Under the pieces are notes generated by a model. The model saw nothing but the letters and a program-made list of their open reading frames with translations, searched no databases and was not told where the DNA came from. A DNA stretch of 64,000 nt from Gammaproteobacteria bacterium (lineage in GTDB: Bacteria; Pseudomonadota; Gammaproteobacteria; M30B25), in the NCBI GenBank assembly GCA_018402195.1, contig JAGYIW010000001.1, forward strand, positions 31,201 to 95,200, written 5' to 3'. This document shows positions 10,478 to 20,588 of this stretch, in pieces; the stretch's first letter is position 1, and the number at the start of each line of letters is the position of its first letter. Both the position numbers and the translations under genes were made by a program.

Positions 10478-11520
10478 CACACCTCAAGGATACCAACCAT
10501 ATAGGGGCAACAATGACCGTTCACCTCCCCACCACACATCCAAGCCTCTCTCATAAAACTGGAGTACTGTGCGTTAACCTCGGCACACCCGATGCGCCTA
10601 CCTATCGTGGTATCAGGCGCTTTCTAAAGCAGTTCTTATCCGATAGACGCGTGATTGATACGCCCAGGTGGCTGTGGTGGCCGATTTTGTATGGGTTTAT
10701 TTTGTCGTTTCGACCATTAAAGATTGCCAAACAATACCAAGCCATTTGGACTGACCAAGGGTCACCACTATCTGTGCACACTTTAGACCTAGCAAAAGCA
10801 CTACAGGAACAACTGGATCAAGCGCAAGCAGATACATTTCACGTCATTATGGCCATGCGTTATGGCCAACCTAGCATTGAAGAAGCCATCAAAACATTTG
10901 AAAAACACCTAATTCGCAAGATTATTGTCCTACCATTATTCCCACAGTACTCCGCCACCACCACCGCATCGGTGTTCGATGCCGTTGCGAAGGTATTAAA
11001 GCACCGCCATTTCATTCCTGAAATGCATTGGATTCAACAATATAGCAATCATCCACAGTACATCAATGCCTTGGCCCATAGCGTCAAGCAGTCCTGGGCC
11101 AAACATGGTAAAACTGAGCATTTGATGATTACTTTTCACGGGATCCCTCAACGTTATTTTAACAATGGTGATCCTTACTATTGTTTTTGCCACAAAACTG
11201 CTCGTTTACTTCGGGAAAAACTAGGCCTCACTGACAATCAAGCCACCATGGTATTTCAATCGCGATTTGGCCCCAGCAAGTGGCTTGAACCTGCCTGTGA
11301 TGACAGTATCAAAGCCCTAGCTAAGCAAGGCATCCAGTCGCTCACCGTCATTTCTCCTGGCTTTGCAGCAGATTGTTTGGAAACATTGGAAGAAATCAAT
11401 GAAACATACAGAACATTATTCTTAGAACACGGCGGCAAAACTTTCCACTACGTACCAGCGCTTAATGCCAGTGAGCCACATGCTAAGGCGTTAGCAAGTC
11501 TGATTCTGGGAAGCCCCTGA
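10474..11520 (+). CDS. hemH: Ferrochelatase
   Basis: GVLCVNLGTPDAPT N-terminal motif and a HemH-like C-terminus (FAADCLETLEEI). An alternative start lies at 10510. Confidence 0.9.
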   Translation: MTHLKDTNHIGATMTVHLPTTHPSLSHKTGVLCVNLGTPDAPTYRGIRRFLKQFLSDRRVIDTPRWLWWPILYGFILSFRPLKIAKQYQAIWTDQGSPLSVHTLDLAKALQEQLDQAQADTFHVIMAMRYGQPSIEEAIKTFEKHLIRKIIVLPLFPQYSATTTASVFDAVAKVLKHRHFIPEMHWIQQYSNHPQYINALAHSVKQSWAKHGKTEHLMITFHGIPQRYFNNGDPYYCFCHKTARLLREKLGLTDNQATMVFQSRFGPSKWLEPACDDSIKALAKQGIQSLTVISPGFAADCLETLEEINETYRTLFLEHGGKTFHYVPALNASEPHAKALASLILGSP

Positions 11521-11636
11521 AATGCCCCAGAATTAGACAGAAGATGATGAAGAAGGTAGCATCACAAGGAACGTACCCCGACAATTAGAGATGGCTTGTA
11601 TTTAGAGTTTCTGATTGAAAAATGCCGACCAAGAGA

Positions 11637-12974
11637 TCAACTAGCTACAGCCAAAATAGCCGCCTCTGTTTTTTTGGCAATGCTGTTTAGTACCACCGAG
11701 CTAAGTCCAATAGGCGGGAACCAATAGAGGGTGTTACCTATGGGCCTAAGCATCAAACCCTGTTTGAGGGCTTGTTGGTACACGGCCCAACCACGTCTTT
11801 CACCAGATTCAACCTTGAGATCAGCTGCCACCATGGCACCAATGCCTCGAAGATTGCTTAGTTGACCAGTTTTATCTGCAACCCCTTGAAGAAATCCCAT
11901 AAGCTTAGACTGCATGCGCTCAGCCTTAACATCATATTGACCTTGCACCAAGAGGTTAAGCGCAGCACCAGCACACGCTGCCGCCAGAGGGTTGCCAGCA
12001 AACGTATTGGAATGCAAAAACGACCGGTGGAATGGGTGACCATAAAGCACATCATAAATTTCAGTAGAGGTTTGCGTCACACTCATGGGCAAATACCCAC
12101 CGGTGATAGCCTTGGACAAGCAAACAAAGTCTGGCGTAATATCCGTATGCTGATAAGCCAACATTTTACCTGTACGACCAAATCCAGAAGCAATTTCATC
12201 ACAAATGACATGAATGCCATGATCCTTGGCCCAAACACATAGACTTCTAAGAAAATCCGCCGAATAAATCAACATCCCACCTGCCCCTTGCATGATGGGC
12301 TCAACAATAATAGCTGTTAGATCTTCAGCAACCTCCTCTAATTGTGGTAGGCAGGCCTGCCAAGCATCTGTAGCATTGTGCCACAATGGATCATCAACCC
12401 CTGTAACATAAGGTATGCCCGTGAGAAAAGTCACTGGCGCAAGCAGAGTTTCATAGGCTTGACGAAAACGGTCACAATCACTAACCGCCAGGGCCCCCAA
12501 AGTTTCACCATGGTAGCTATTTTCTAAAGCTAAAAACCGAGTACGCTTGGGTTGACCTTGCACCATGCGCACGTGCAAGCTCATTTTCATAGCAATTTCT
12601 ACAGCACAGCAACCATCACTGGCAAAGAAAGTTTTATCGAGAGGTGCAGCAATTTGCGCCAAACGATTAGCAACATTTTCTACCACTTCTGAAGAAGTGC
12701 CTGGCAGCATAACGTGTTCAAACTGCTCAAGTTGCCTTTGCAAAGCTGCCTTAATCTCTGGCTGACCATGACCAAAAGGCTTAGTCCACCAACTCGAAAT
12801 AACGTCGATGACCTTACTCCCATCGGCAAGCTCTATGTAAGCGCCTTTGGCACCCACCACCGGCAAAGGCGGCATTTGCTCGTGATCCTGCATTTGCGTA
12901 CAAGGATACCAAATGGACCCTGAAGATTCGTCTTCCAATAACGACTGCTTGATGTTTTCAATCACATGTGCCAT
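11637..12974 (-). CDS. bioA: Adenosylmethionine-8-amino-7-oxononanoate aminotransferase
   Basis: Class-III aminotransferase that aligns to E. coli BioA from MAHVIEN...WYPCTQM. The ORF is open to 13031, but the homology starts at 12974. Confidence 0.88.
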   Translation of the reverse strand: MAHVIENIKQSLLEDESSGSIWYPCTQMQDHEQMPPLPVVGAKGAYIELADGSKVIDVISSWWTKPFGHGQPEIKAALQRQLEQFEHVMLPGTSSEVVENVANRLAQIAAPLDKTFFASDGCCAVEIAMKMSLHVRMVQGQPKRTRFLALENSYHGETLGALAVSDCDRFRQAYETLLAPVTFLTGIPYVTGVDDPLWHNATDAWQACLPQLEEVAEDLTAIIVEPIMQGAGGMLIYSADFLRSLCVWAKDHGIHVICDEIASGFGRTGKMLAYQHTDITPDFVCLSKAITGGYLPMSVTQTSTEIYDVLYGHPFHRSFLHSNTFAGNPLAAACAGAALNLLVQGQYDVKAERMQSKLMGFLQGVADKTGQLSNLRGIGAMVAADLKVESGERRGWAVYQQALKQGLMLRPIGNTLYWFPPIGLSSVVLNSIAKKTEAAILAVAS

Positions 12975-13142
12975 AAACTTTTTCCGATACAAACGAAGGG
13001 CTAGCATGACAAAATTAGGAAAAACTGTCAATGGGTCACAGAAATGTCATCGTTTTCGAGGTCGGAACGGGGCAAAACCAGGCGAATTTTGCCAGCTTTC
13101 TGCTTATTCAATACAGTTATATTGATTTGGGAGGGGGCATAG

Positions 13143-13166
13143 AAAAGGGCCTAACGGCCCTTTTCT
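13143..13166. terminator. Bidirectional rho-independent terminator hairpin
   Basis: 'aaaagggcc-taac-ggccctttt': a 5-6 bp GC stem flanked by A-run and T-run, lying just downstream of the 13186-14112 gene. Confidence 0.55.
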
Positions 13167-13185
13167 AAAGATTACTCACCAGCAA

Positions 13186-14112
13186 CTAGGCATTGCCGGG
13201 CCCGCCAGAAAACAATTCTGGCATTTGAACTGGCATTTGAAGTTGAGATCGAGAAGAAAATGCATCTGCAAATGCATCTCTTTGAAAATAATTATTTATA
13301 GGCTTCATACGATCGCATTTATTTGTATCTTTTGGTTCAAATAAAATGGTCAAATCATCGCCTTTACATTCTGCAGAGTAAGAAAAACCTGATTTGGTCT
13401 GACCATCGTAGGAAGCAGACTCGAGTCTACCTCCATCGCTAAAAGGTGTAATTTTCAGCTCCCTCAACCATTCAGGGTAATCTTTAACTACCTCTTGCAT
13501 TTTAGATTCCTCTTCCATATCGTTGTTATTAATTAGCTCGTCCATTTTTTTCACTACAGAATCACAACTTTGCTTGATAATGGGCGCATTAGCGCGCTCT
13601 TTAACGCGCGTTAAAACAGCTGAAACGTCCAGCGTTAACTCTGACTTTAAACGACTAATAATATCTTGAACTTCATTTTCTGTGATGACATCACCAAGAG
13701 GGATATATCTAGTCTTACCAGCATTTGTTCCACTTCCTCCAAACAACCCAGGACCACCACTAGCAACACTAGGGCCAGGAGTAAACTCACTTACTTGAGC
13801 ACCAGGCGGTCTTGATTCAACAGGGGCTTTATCACTTTTTTTATCTTTTAAATCATTACTAAGACGAGCATGCTTATAATTTTTGCGCAGCATCATGGCA
13901 GCACCCACAAGCAGACCTATAACAGCCAAGGCAATGACACCAAATCCAGTAGCAGTAACCACCGCGGCACTAACGGATAATACCGAAGTTGTTATCGCTG
14001 GGAGCACAGTAGTCCCTGTAAAATACAGCCCCATACCCACAGAACCACCAGCTAATAAGCTTGCACCAGAAGCAATCAAAATTTCTCTTTTATTTTTTGA
14101 CCAAAAGCTCAT
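13186..14112 (-). CDS. Hypothetical membrane-anchored protein (2-3 N-terminal TM helices, Gly/Pro-rich linker, ~150-aa C-terminal domain)
   Basis: 308-aa ORF with no recognisable family. It sits at the edge of the repeat/retroelement island and is followed by a terminator. Confidence 0.55.
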   Translation of the reverse strand: MSFWSKNKREILIASGASLLAGGSVGMGLYFTGTTVLPAITTSVLSVSAAVVTATGFGVIALAVIGLLVGAAMMLRKNYKHARLSNDLKDKKSDKAPVESRPPGAQVSEFTPGPSVASGGPGLFGGSGTNAGKTRYIPLGDVITENEVQDIISRLKSELTLDVSAVLTRVKERANAPIIKQSCDSVVKKMDELINNNDMEEESKMQEVVKDYPEWLRELKITPFSDGGRLESASYDGQTKSGFSYSAECKGDDLTILFEPKDTNKCDRMKPINNYFQRDAFADAFSSRSQLQMPVQMPELFSGGPGNA

Positions 14113-14297
14113 GTTTATTCCTCATAATTAACACTAAGAAGACACGATTATAGTTAATTTATATTTAATTGTGTACTAAACCTGTTAATTACTGCCCAAT
14201 TAAGTTAGCGGTGTATTTATAGTGAGTGTTAATCTACTGCTATAAAGGAGGTTTGTCCTCTTATTCAATAAAGTTATATTGAGGAATTATATAAGTG

Positions 14298-14348
14298 CAG
14301 CAATTCTCGGTGAAGCTACTCTGCCCAAATGTTCTGTGCAATATAGGC
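14298..14348 (+). repeat. TIR copy (forward) 'cagcaattctcggtgaagctactctgcccaaatgttctgtgcaatatagg'
   Basis: Direct sequence match to the 92-124, 17793-17843 and 17993-18011 copies, and the reverse complement of 18335-18380 and 325-345. Confidence 0.8.
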
Positions 14349-14612
14349 GCATCTCCCTGTAAAGCCTCTAAAACTAATTTAAACTTCAGTCTTTGTATTC
14401 TTCTTCATTGTCTTATACTCCTTGTCTGGCTGTGATAACACCCTCTTAAATACATAACAACTGGTAAGTGGGGGTAGTATCATTTTTCTCATCTTAGTCT
14501 TTTTAAAGCCCATTGTTCCCTGTTATACTCAGTTAGAACTCATGAGACTCAACAGCTGATCAGCCAAAATCATAAAACAAATATTTCAGCTGTTAACTTA
14601 GTGTGAAGTTAT

Positions 14613-15560
14613 ATGAACAAGCTCTGGCATCACGCACACTTAATGGCTCAAGCCAATACCATTGTTGCAACTTGGTTTCGTCGCTACGCTTCAAAAGGAG
14701 AAAACTCCCTGTTTTGGCTCTTCTACTTTGAGTGGACCAAAATATCTTCAGACCTTGTTAAGGATTTCATTCAGGGAAAATATCGCCCTGAACCTTTACG
14801 AAAATATTAGCACCGATGGTGCCTTTCTCGTTTGGACTTATACTGATCGTTGTCATTAGACTCATCTTGCAACTTCATCATGAAAACCCACCTTTAATAC
14901 GTTGTTCAACCACGCGCACCTCAAGGGCCTGATGGCGTCAAGCACGCCATCAGTCAGTACAAAAGCCACCAATACAAACGACTATCATTACTTTATCGAG
15001 CCGATTATCAAAGGCTACTATGCCAATATTGACCATCAGATCCTCTTAGATCAACTATTCGAGCAATACCAGATCTAAGGTAGGTATTGCCTACCTGCCA
15101 ACAATACGCTGCATTAACCGATGATGGTGGCATACTCCGAACATTCTAACAGAAATTGTTCTAGAAGGAAATCTATCTCACCTTTTCTTTATTGCCTCTA
15201 TCTGTCTCCTCTAGACAGAGCCTTTGAAAAACAAAGGGCATCTTCTACGTGCGATACATGGACGATATCGTCATACTTGCCAAGACCAGAGGCAATACTT
15301 AAACGCTAAGCATCTACATCTCAAGAAAACTTGGCTCTCTCTTTCTCAACATAAAACCAAAATGGGTAAATGTGTCACAGCTCAACACAATACTCAACAC
15401 TCACAAATCAACACAGAAAATAACACAAACAACAATCCTTTTGGGGATGATGCCTCGGTCTTTACTTCCTATGGCAATCAACTTTCTGGGTGGCGCAAAC
15501 CCCAGAAAGTAAAAACCATGGGCGACAGGGCATCCCCAGCTGCCTGTCATGACCCTTGAT
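14613..15560 (+). pseudogene. Degenerate group-II-intron-type reverse transcriptase (RT) ORF, multiple frameshifts and stops
   Basis: Spread over three frames:
- RT0-like GKYRPEPLRK at 14760-14800;
- RT1-like ISTDGAFLVWTYTDR;
- RT2 FIEPIIKGYYANIDHQILL at ~14989-15075;
- RT3/4 SISPFLYCLYLSPLD at ~15160-15215;
- RT5 GIFYVRYMDDIVILAKTRGNT at ~15225-15290. Confidence 0.7.
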
Positions 15561-15759
15561 AATAAGGTTATTATTTGAACACAGATGCCGTCAATCCGGC
15601 AATATTCAGCAATGCCTTATACGTTCGACACGTTCGGTGGAGTTTAATACCTCTGTCGTCAAATCAACATCACTGCGTTGCGGTGACCAGTTTACCTCTG
15701 CGCCAGAGGCCCTCATCGAACCACGACACGGGTGGCAGGGAGGATTTGCTGGGCGCGCC

Positions 15760-17526
15760 AGCAGGCACGGGCTTGCCGTGCGAGAGCATAGGTGCTAATG
15801 GTGACAACTCGACAGGTCGTCGCGCTGAGCGTACGGTCCTTACATGGCGCAGTCACTGCCACTGGTCGATTCGGCACCCACAGTCATACGCCCGCACGCC
15901 GACCGCCACGACTGGGTGCCAAATCGCCTCGACCCCGCATACGCGCGAGCCCGCCAATCGGCGTACGCTAAAATCAGACACAGTACCCACCTCACCCGGC
16001 TTTCTACGGCCTCCTCCATTGTAGCTAGCACTGTACCAGGCTCCTCATCTCACTGGTTGCCGAGGAAGGGCTTCGCTTGAAAATCTGGTAGTGGATAAAA
16101 TGGCCTCGCCCGGATGACAATACTCTTTACGCTACGTGTTGCTACGTAACCTCGCTGTGCTCCTCCTATACCATGGATCCATAATCGTTGCAGCTCATTC
16201 CAATTACTTGCATCGTGCAAAGCATCATATTGGTCTAGGTAGGTCTGGTGACCTGCTCAATGGCTCAAAGGAAAAATGTGTTCCGTAAGCCTTGATCTTG
16301 TCAGGCTTTCCTGGGCTTGGCATTGTATCGCTGCTGATTCGGGATCTACCTTATCAAATAAACCACCATCATCTCCATGTGCCAAATCCCTGCCCACTAG
16401 CAGCGCATATTGAAAGCCTGTGATGCCCTTAAACTCTCTCTTATACCTGCATGTCTTCTAATCCCCTTTGCCCTAGACTAGCCAGGTTCACCCTGCAACA
16501 TCGCCTCGGCTTCATCTACACACTGCTCTCCATACGCCACATGCTGAACAAATTGATCTACTTGATTCTGATCTAACACCGGAGCTGGAGGTGTCGGTTC
16601 ATAGTCTTGCTGTGAGTAAATAAACCCAAAACCGTTAACTTTGATCCTCTCTCCTCCCTTTTGTTATCTGATCCATCAAACTTCGATCTTGCTGCCATGA
16701 GCAAGGGATGATCCATACTCTCTGCGTCTCTCTTTTAGCTACAATGTGTATTTATAGCTCATCCGTTAAGGCACACTTTCCTCCTTAATGACAAATGATT
16801 CTCCGAAGAGCTGATGCTTGCAGCACCTCATGAGAAGTGCTGCTCACGATGTGCCAGCACCTAACCTCCCCACTTGCCTGCTCGCTCTAATTCATTGTGC
16901 CTTAGACCTTCTCTTGTCCCTGACTGCGAAACTTTCCTTCCGCTTCTGGTGCTTCGATCTTTGTTATAATCTCTACATCATTCTCCCTGGCAGTTCGATC
17001 CTCAGCTCTTCAGTGATTCACGTAATTCGCCCACCTTCGGCAACACCCCTTCTATTTCCCTCATACAGCCTCTCATCCCTCCTTCAGAAGCTGCAGCGTG
17101 TACTTACCTTAGCTTCGCTCGTGCACTCAGCCAAGCACGCTTGGGGTTTAGGCTATCTCCTCGTAATGTTGACCCAGCCTACCCTCACAACTCTATCTCA
17201 TGAAGAGACTCCTGTAAAATGGATTAAGGCATTGTCCTCATTCCTCCTCCTGCCTTAATCTTCTCTACATTAGATGCTGTTGTCAGATCACTTTTGCACG
17301 CTGTCAGCTGACTCTCAAATCAGCAACCACAGCTGCATCTCAGGCATTGTTAGTCTGTTCTCTTTTGCTCTCGATCACGTAACCTCAACCTTCTCTGCCA
17401 AAACTTTCAATCAATTTTCTTAGTGTAATGTTCGCTCTCACATCTATATCTTTCAAGCTAAGCTCCTGTCAGGGGACTTGTCCTATTTCTCCCTGATAGC
17501 CAGTCTTCTATTGTGGTTTTGCTCAT
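15760..17526 (-). pseudogene. Decayed paralog of the eukaryotic-like Ser/Thr protein kinase gene at 55978-57705
   Basis: Read 5'->3', 16254-16440 is ~85% identical to the reverse complement of 57001-57190. Homology continues through 15795-15815 (kinase 3' end) and ~17490-17526 (start region, 'gctcat'). There is no open frame over 60 aa. The region is polypyrimidine on the + strand, mirroring the purine-rich kinase gene. Confidence 0.75.
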
Positions 17527-17792
17527 GAAGGTGACCAGCATCTAGTGCTATCACTGGATCTTCCATCCTTCCCGTGATAGGACAATAGCCACTTCAGGTA
17601 TTTCTAACTCACTTCCTGCTACCAATTCATACAATGTGCTCACACTAATTTCGTGTCTTTTTCTTCTCCCTTGTTTTTACTTTAGTTAAACCTTACTTTA
17701 TATAAATTAACCAACATCCACACGAAAGTTAAACCTTACCTTACTCATAAATTCAAACAACATATCCACAGCTTTTTGTTACAACTTGTTGT

Positions 17793-17843
17793 CAGCAATT
17801 CTCGGTGAAGCTGCTTGCCCCATAACATTTGCAGCCATAGGCG
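17793..17843 (+). repeat. TIR copy (forward)
   Basis: 'cagcaattctcggtgaagctgcttgccccataacatttgcagccataggcg', followed by direct-repeat unit 17849-17992. Confidence 0.75.
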
Positions 17844-18099
17844 TATCGCCCTGTAAACTAAAGCAATTTGTAACCTGGCTTTTGTTTCTTCCCTTCGTTG
17901 TCTTAGCCTCCTTGTCTAGCTGTAGAATAACACCCTCTTAAAATACACCACTAACTTAACTGGTAAGTGGGGGTAGTATCATTTTTCTCATCAGCAATTC
18001 TCGGTGAATTATAAGTAGTTTCCTCAACTAGGCTTACTGATTGGCGGTGATGGATTATTCTCAAAGCAACCTATTATTGAAGCTATCTTAGCGCAACGA

Positions 18100-18306
18100 A
18101 TGCATTATTTATTTGTGGCGAAACAAGATGATCATAAGTATATGATGGAATGGGTTGATGGGTATGATGATTTAGATCGAGTTGAATGGGAAGATGAAGC
18201 AGGACGTCGTCATGTTTATGAGTGGGTCAATGATGTGCCTTTAAATGGGAAGGAGGATGCAATACAGGTTAATTTTTTGCGTTTTTTTGTGATGATAGCA
18301 AGATAA
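18100..18306 (+). CDS. Small hypothetical ORF inside the terminal MITE-like copy
   Basis: 68-aa ORF with acidic EW-repeat motifs. It has no homology support and may be non-coding. Confidence 0.2.
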   Translation: MHYLFVAKQDDHKYMMEWVDGYDDLDRVEWEDEAGRRHVYEWVNDVPLNGKEDAIQVNFLRFFVMIAR

Positions 18307-18334
18307 TCAGCTTTGGATCATTAAATTGGGCCAT

Positions 18335-18380
18335 TATTGCACAGAACATTTGGGCAGAGTAGCTTCACCGAGAATTGCTG
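18335..18380 (-). repeat. TIR copy (inverted)
   Basis: 'tattgcacagaacatttgggcagagtagcttcaccgagaattgctg' is the reverse complement of the 14298 copy. Confidence 0.8.
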
Positions 18381-18404
18381 TGGTTTAACATTTACTTTTC
18401 CACA
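18379..18404. promoter_or_regulatory. Imperfect palindrome TGTGG-N16-CCACA 45 bp upstream of bioB (candidate BirA-type operator)
   Basis: 'tgtggtttaacatttacttttccaca' lies directly between the island's right TIR and the bioB start. Its spacing resembles bio operators (TGTAAACC-N-GGTTTACA), but the half-site sequence differs. Confidence 0.25.
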
Positions 18405-18448
18405 AAAAAACGCCAAAATAGCCGCATAAGTACTCCAGGAGAATAACC

Positions 18449-19411
18449 ATGCAACTCATTGGGCCTTGGCACCAAGATAGCGTTCGTGCCCTTTTCGATC
18501 TTCCTTTTAACGATCTACTCTTCCAAGCACACCTGATGCACCGCAAAAACTTCAACCCCAACGAAATCCAAGTGAGCACACTGCTTAGTATCAAAACTGG
18601 CCTATGCCCTGAAGACTGCAAATATTGCCCTCAAAGCGTGCATTACAAAACACCTGCCGAGAAAAAAGCACTGATGAGCATCGACAGCATTGTCGCTGCA
18701 GCCAAAAAAGCCAAAGCTACTGGCGCCACCCGTTTTTGCATGGGTGCAGGCTGGCGTTCACCCAAAGACAGAGATTTTGACCTGCTCGCTAAGGCTATCC
18801 AGAAAGTCAAGGAACTGGGCCTAGAATCCTGCCTCACCTTAGGCATGCTTAAAGATGATCAAGTGAAGAAACTTGAAGATGCTGGCCTCGACTACTACAA
18901 CCACAACATCGATACCTCCCCTGAATACTATAAAGAAATCATCAGCACCCGCAAATTCGAAGACCGCATCGACACCCTACAAAAAGTTGGCCAATCCAAG
19001 ATTAAAGTCTGCTGTGGCGGCATTATGGGCATGGGCGAATCCATAGAAGATCGCGTCAATTTCTTACTCACACTAGCCAATTTAGAAACTCCCCCTGAAA
19101 GCATTCCCATCAACATGCTCATCCGCGTACCTGGTACACCGTTGGCTGATACACCAGCCTTAGACCCCTTGGATTTTGTCCGCATGATTGCCATCACCCG
19201 TATCATGTTCCCCTCCTCCTATGTCAGACTATCTGCTGGCCGTAACGAAATGTCAGAATCCACCCAAGCTCTGTGCTTTTTTGCTGGCGCTAATTCTATA
19301 CACTATGGTGAAAAACTGCTGACCACCGACTGTCCAGCACCAGAAGCAGATGAGCAAATGTTTGCCAAACTGGGCTTAAGAAAACGCTCACAACAACCTG
19401 TGACTGTATGA
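18449..19411 (+). CDS. bioB: Biotin synthase
   Basis: Radical-SAM [11 protein letters not shown] motif and BioB-type C-terminus, 320 aa. Confidence 0.95.
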   Translation: MQLIGPWHQDSVRALFDLPFNDLLFQAHLMHRKNFNPNEIQVSTLLSIKTGLCPEDCKYCPQSVHYKTPAEKKALMSIDSIVAAAKKAKATGATRFCMGAGWRSPKDRDFDLLAKAIQKVKELGLESCLTLGMLKDDQVKKLEDAGLDYYNHNIDTSPEYYKEIISTRKFEDRIDTLQKVGQSKIKVCCGGIMGMGESIEDRVNFLLTLANLETPPESIPINMLIRVPGTPLADTPALDPLDFVRMIAITRIMFPSSYVRLSAGRNEMSESTQALCFFAGANSIHYGEKLLTTDCPAPEADEQMFAKLGLRKRSQQPVTV

Positions 19412-20562
19412 AGACCCCTGAAATTATTCTAGGCAAAACGCCATACCGCTCACGCCGCACCTTAGGCAAACACCACGGCGTCATCATCCATGACCATGGC
19501 AAACCTTTGATCAGTTTTAGCCACAATGATTATCTAGGCTTAGCCCACCACCCCAAAGTCATCGCTGCAGCACAGCAAGCATTGCAAGATTATGGCAGCA
19601 GTACCAATGCATCACCTTTGGTAGCAGGACACACAGAGCTGCATCAAGCATTAGAAGAGCAGCTTGCCAAACACCTCAGTCAACCCAAGGCCTTACTTTT
19701 CTCCAGCGGCACCTTAGCCAACTACGCCCTAATAAGACGCCTTGGCCAAAACAAACAGCCCTTTTTTGTCGACAAAACATGTCATGCCTCCATCATGGAT
19801 GGCCTGGCACAACAAACAAACAAGGTTAAGCGCTTTCCCCACAATGATACTCATTTTCTTGAAAGATGGCTTCATAAACACGGCGAATCACCACATGAAA
19901 ATCCACCTGTTGTTGTTGCGGAAGGCGTCTATAGCATGGAAGGTGATTTGAACCTTGATAAAATGGCTGCACTGAAACAATACATTCCCTTCGAGCTGGC
20001 CATTGATGACAGTCATGGCATTGGTGTGCTAGGTAAAAATGGCAGAGGCACTGCAGAACATTTAGGTGTTCAAGTCAACATCATCACGGGCAGCTTAGGT
20101 AAGGCATTGGCCAGTCATGGCGGCTTTATCGCTGGCTCTGGATCACTCATCGAGTCACTAATCCAAAGCGCCCGGCCACTGATTTACAGCACTGCTATCC
20201 CACCTGCTTCTGCCTCCGCAGCCCTAACTGCTTTACAAATCATGGCAAATGAACCACATCACCAACAAGCATTGCATGATAATATTGCCTATTTTCAACG
20301 TCAAGCTGAAGCATTGAAACTAAACTGTATACCTAGCAAAACTGCCATTCAAGGCATCATTATTCCCAATACAGATAAACTAAAAACTGTGCATCAAGCA
20401 CTTGTCAAACAAGGGCTACTCATGGGCATGATCCGTCCACCAAGCGTCCCGAAAAATGGCTCCAGACTGCGCATCTGCCTAAGTGCAGCACACAGCAAAG
20501 AACAAATAGATAGGCTGTTGCAAAGTCTTAAAATTGCTTTAAAACTAGATCATGGAGTCTAG
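19408..20562 (+). CDS. bioF: 8-amino-7-oxononanoate synthase
   Basis: Class-II aminotransferase with PLP lysine region ([12 protein letters not shown]). It overlaps bioB by 4 nt and is followed by bioD. Confidence 0.88.
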   Translation: MKTPEIILGKTPYRSRRTLGKHHGVIIHDHGKPLISFSHNDYLGLAHHPKVIAAAQQALQDYGSSTNASPLVAGHTELHQALEEQLAKHLSQPKALLFSSGTLANYALIRRLGQNKQPFFVDKTCHASIMDGLAQQTNKVKRFPHNDTHFLERWLHKHGESPHENPPVVVAEGVYSMEGDLNLDKMAALKQYIPFELAIDDSHGIGVLGKNGRGTAEHLGVQVNIITGSLGKALASHGGFIAGSGSLIESLIQSARPLIYSTAIPPASASAALTALQIMANEPHHQQALHDNIAYFQRQAEALKLNCIPSKTAIQGIIIPNTDKLKTVHQALVKQGLLMGMIRPPSVPKNGSRLRICLSAAHSKEQIDRLLQSLKIALKLDHGV

Positions 20563-20588
20563 GCATAACTGAAATAGCCTTAATATTA

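Larger units (their letters stand above)
14298..18380. mobile_element. Composite island bounded by inverted copies of a ~45-bp terminal repeat; contains nested MITE-like copies, an RT relic and a kinase pseudogene
   Basis: Left TIR at 14298-14348. The right TIR at 18335-18380 is its reverse complement. A further forward TIR copy lies at 17793-17843 and a truncated one at 17993-18011. ~140-bp direct repeats follow the TIRs at 14355-14493 and 17849-17992. Confidence 0.6.

Noticed and set aside
15575-16024. 149-aa ORF in the high-GC stretch and 146-aa ORF 16818-17258
   Set aside because: Both are low-complexity translations of the antisense or decayed strand of the kinase pseudogene, not genuine genes.
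15700-16100. High-GC segment as group II intron domains V/VI or another structured RNA
   Set aside because: It aligns instead to the 3' coding end of the kinase paralog (rc). No GAGC...GTTC domain-V palindrome was found.
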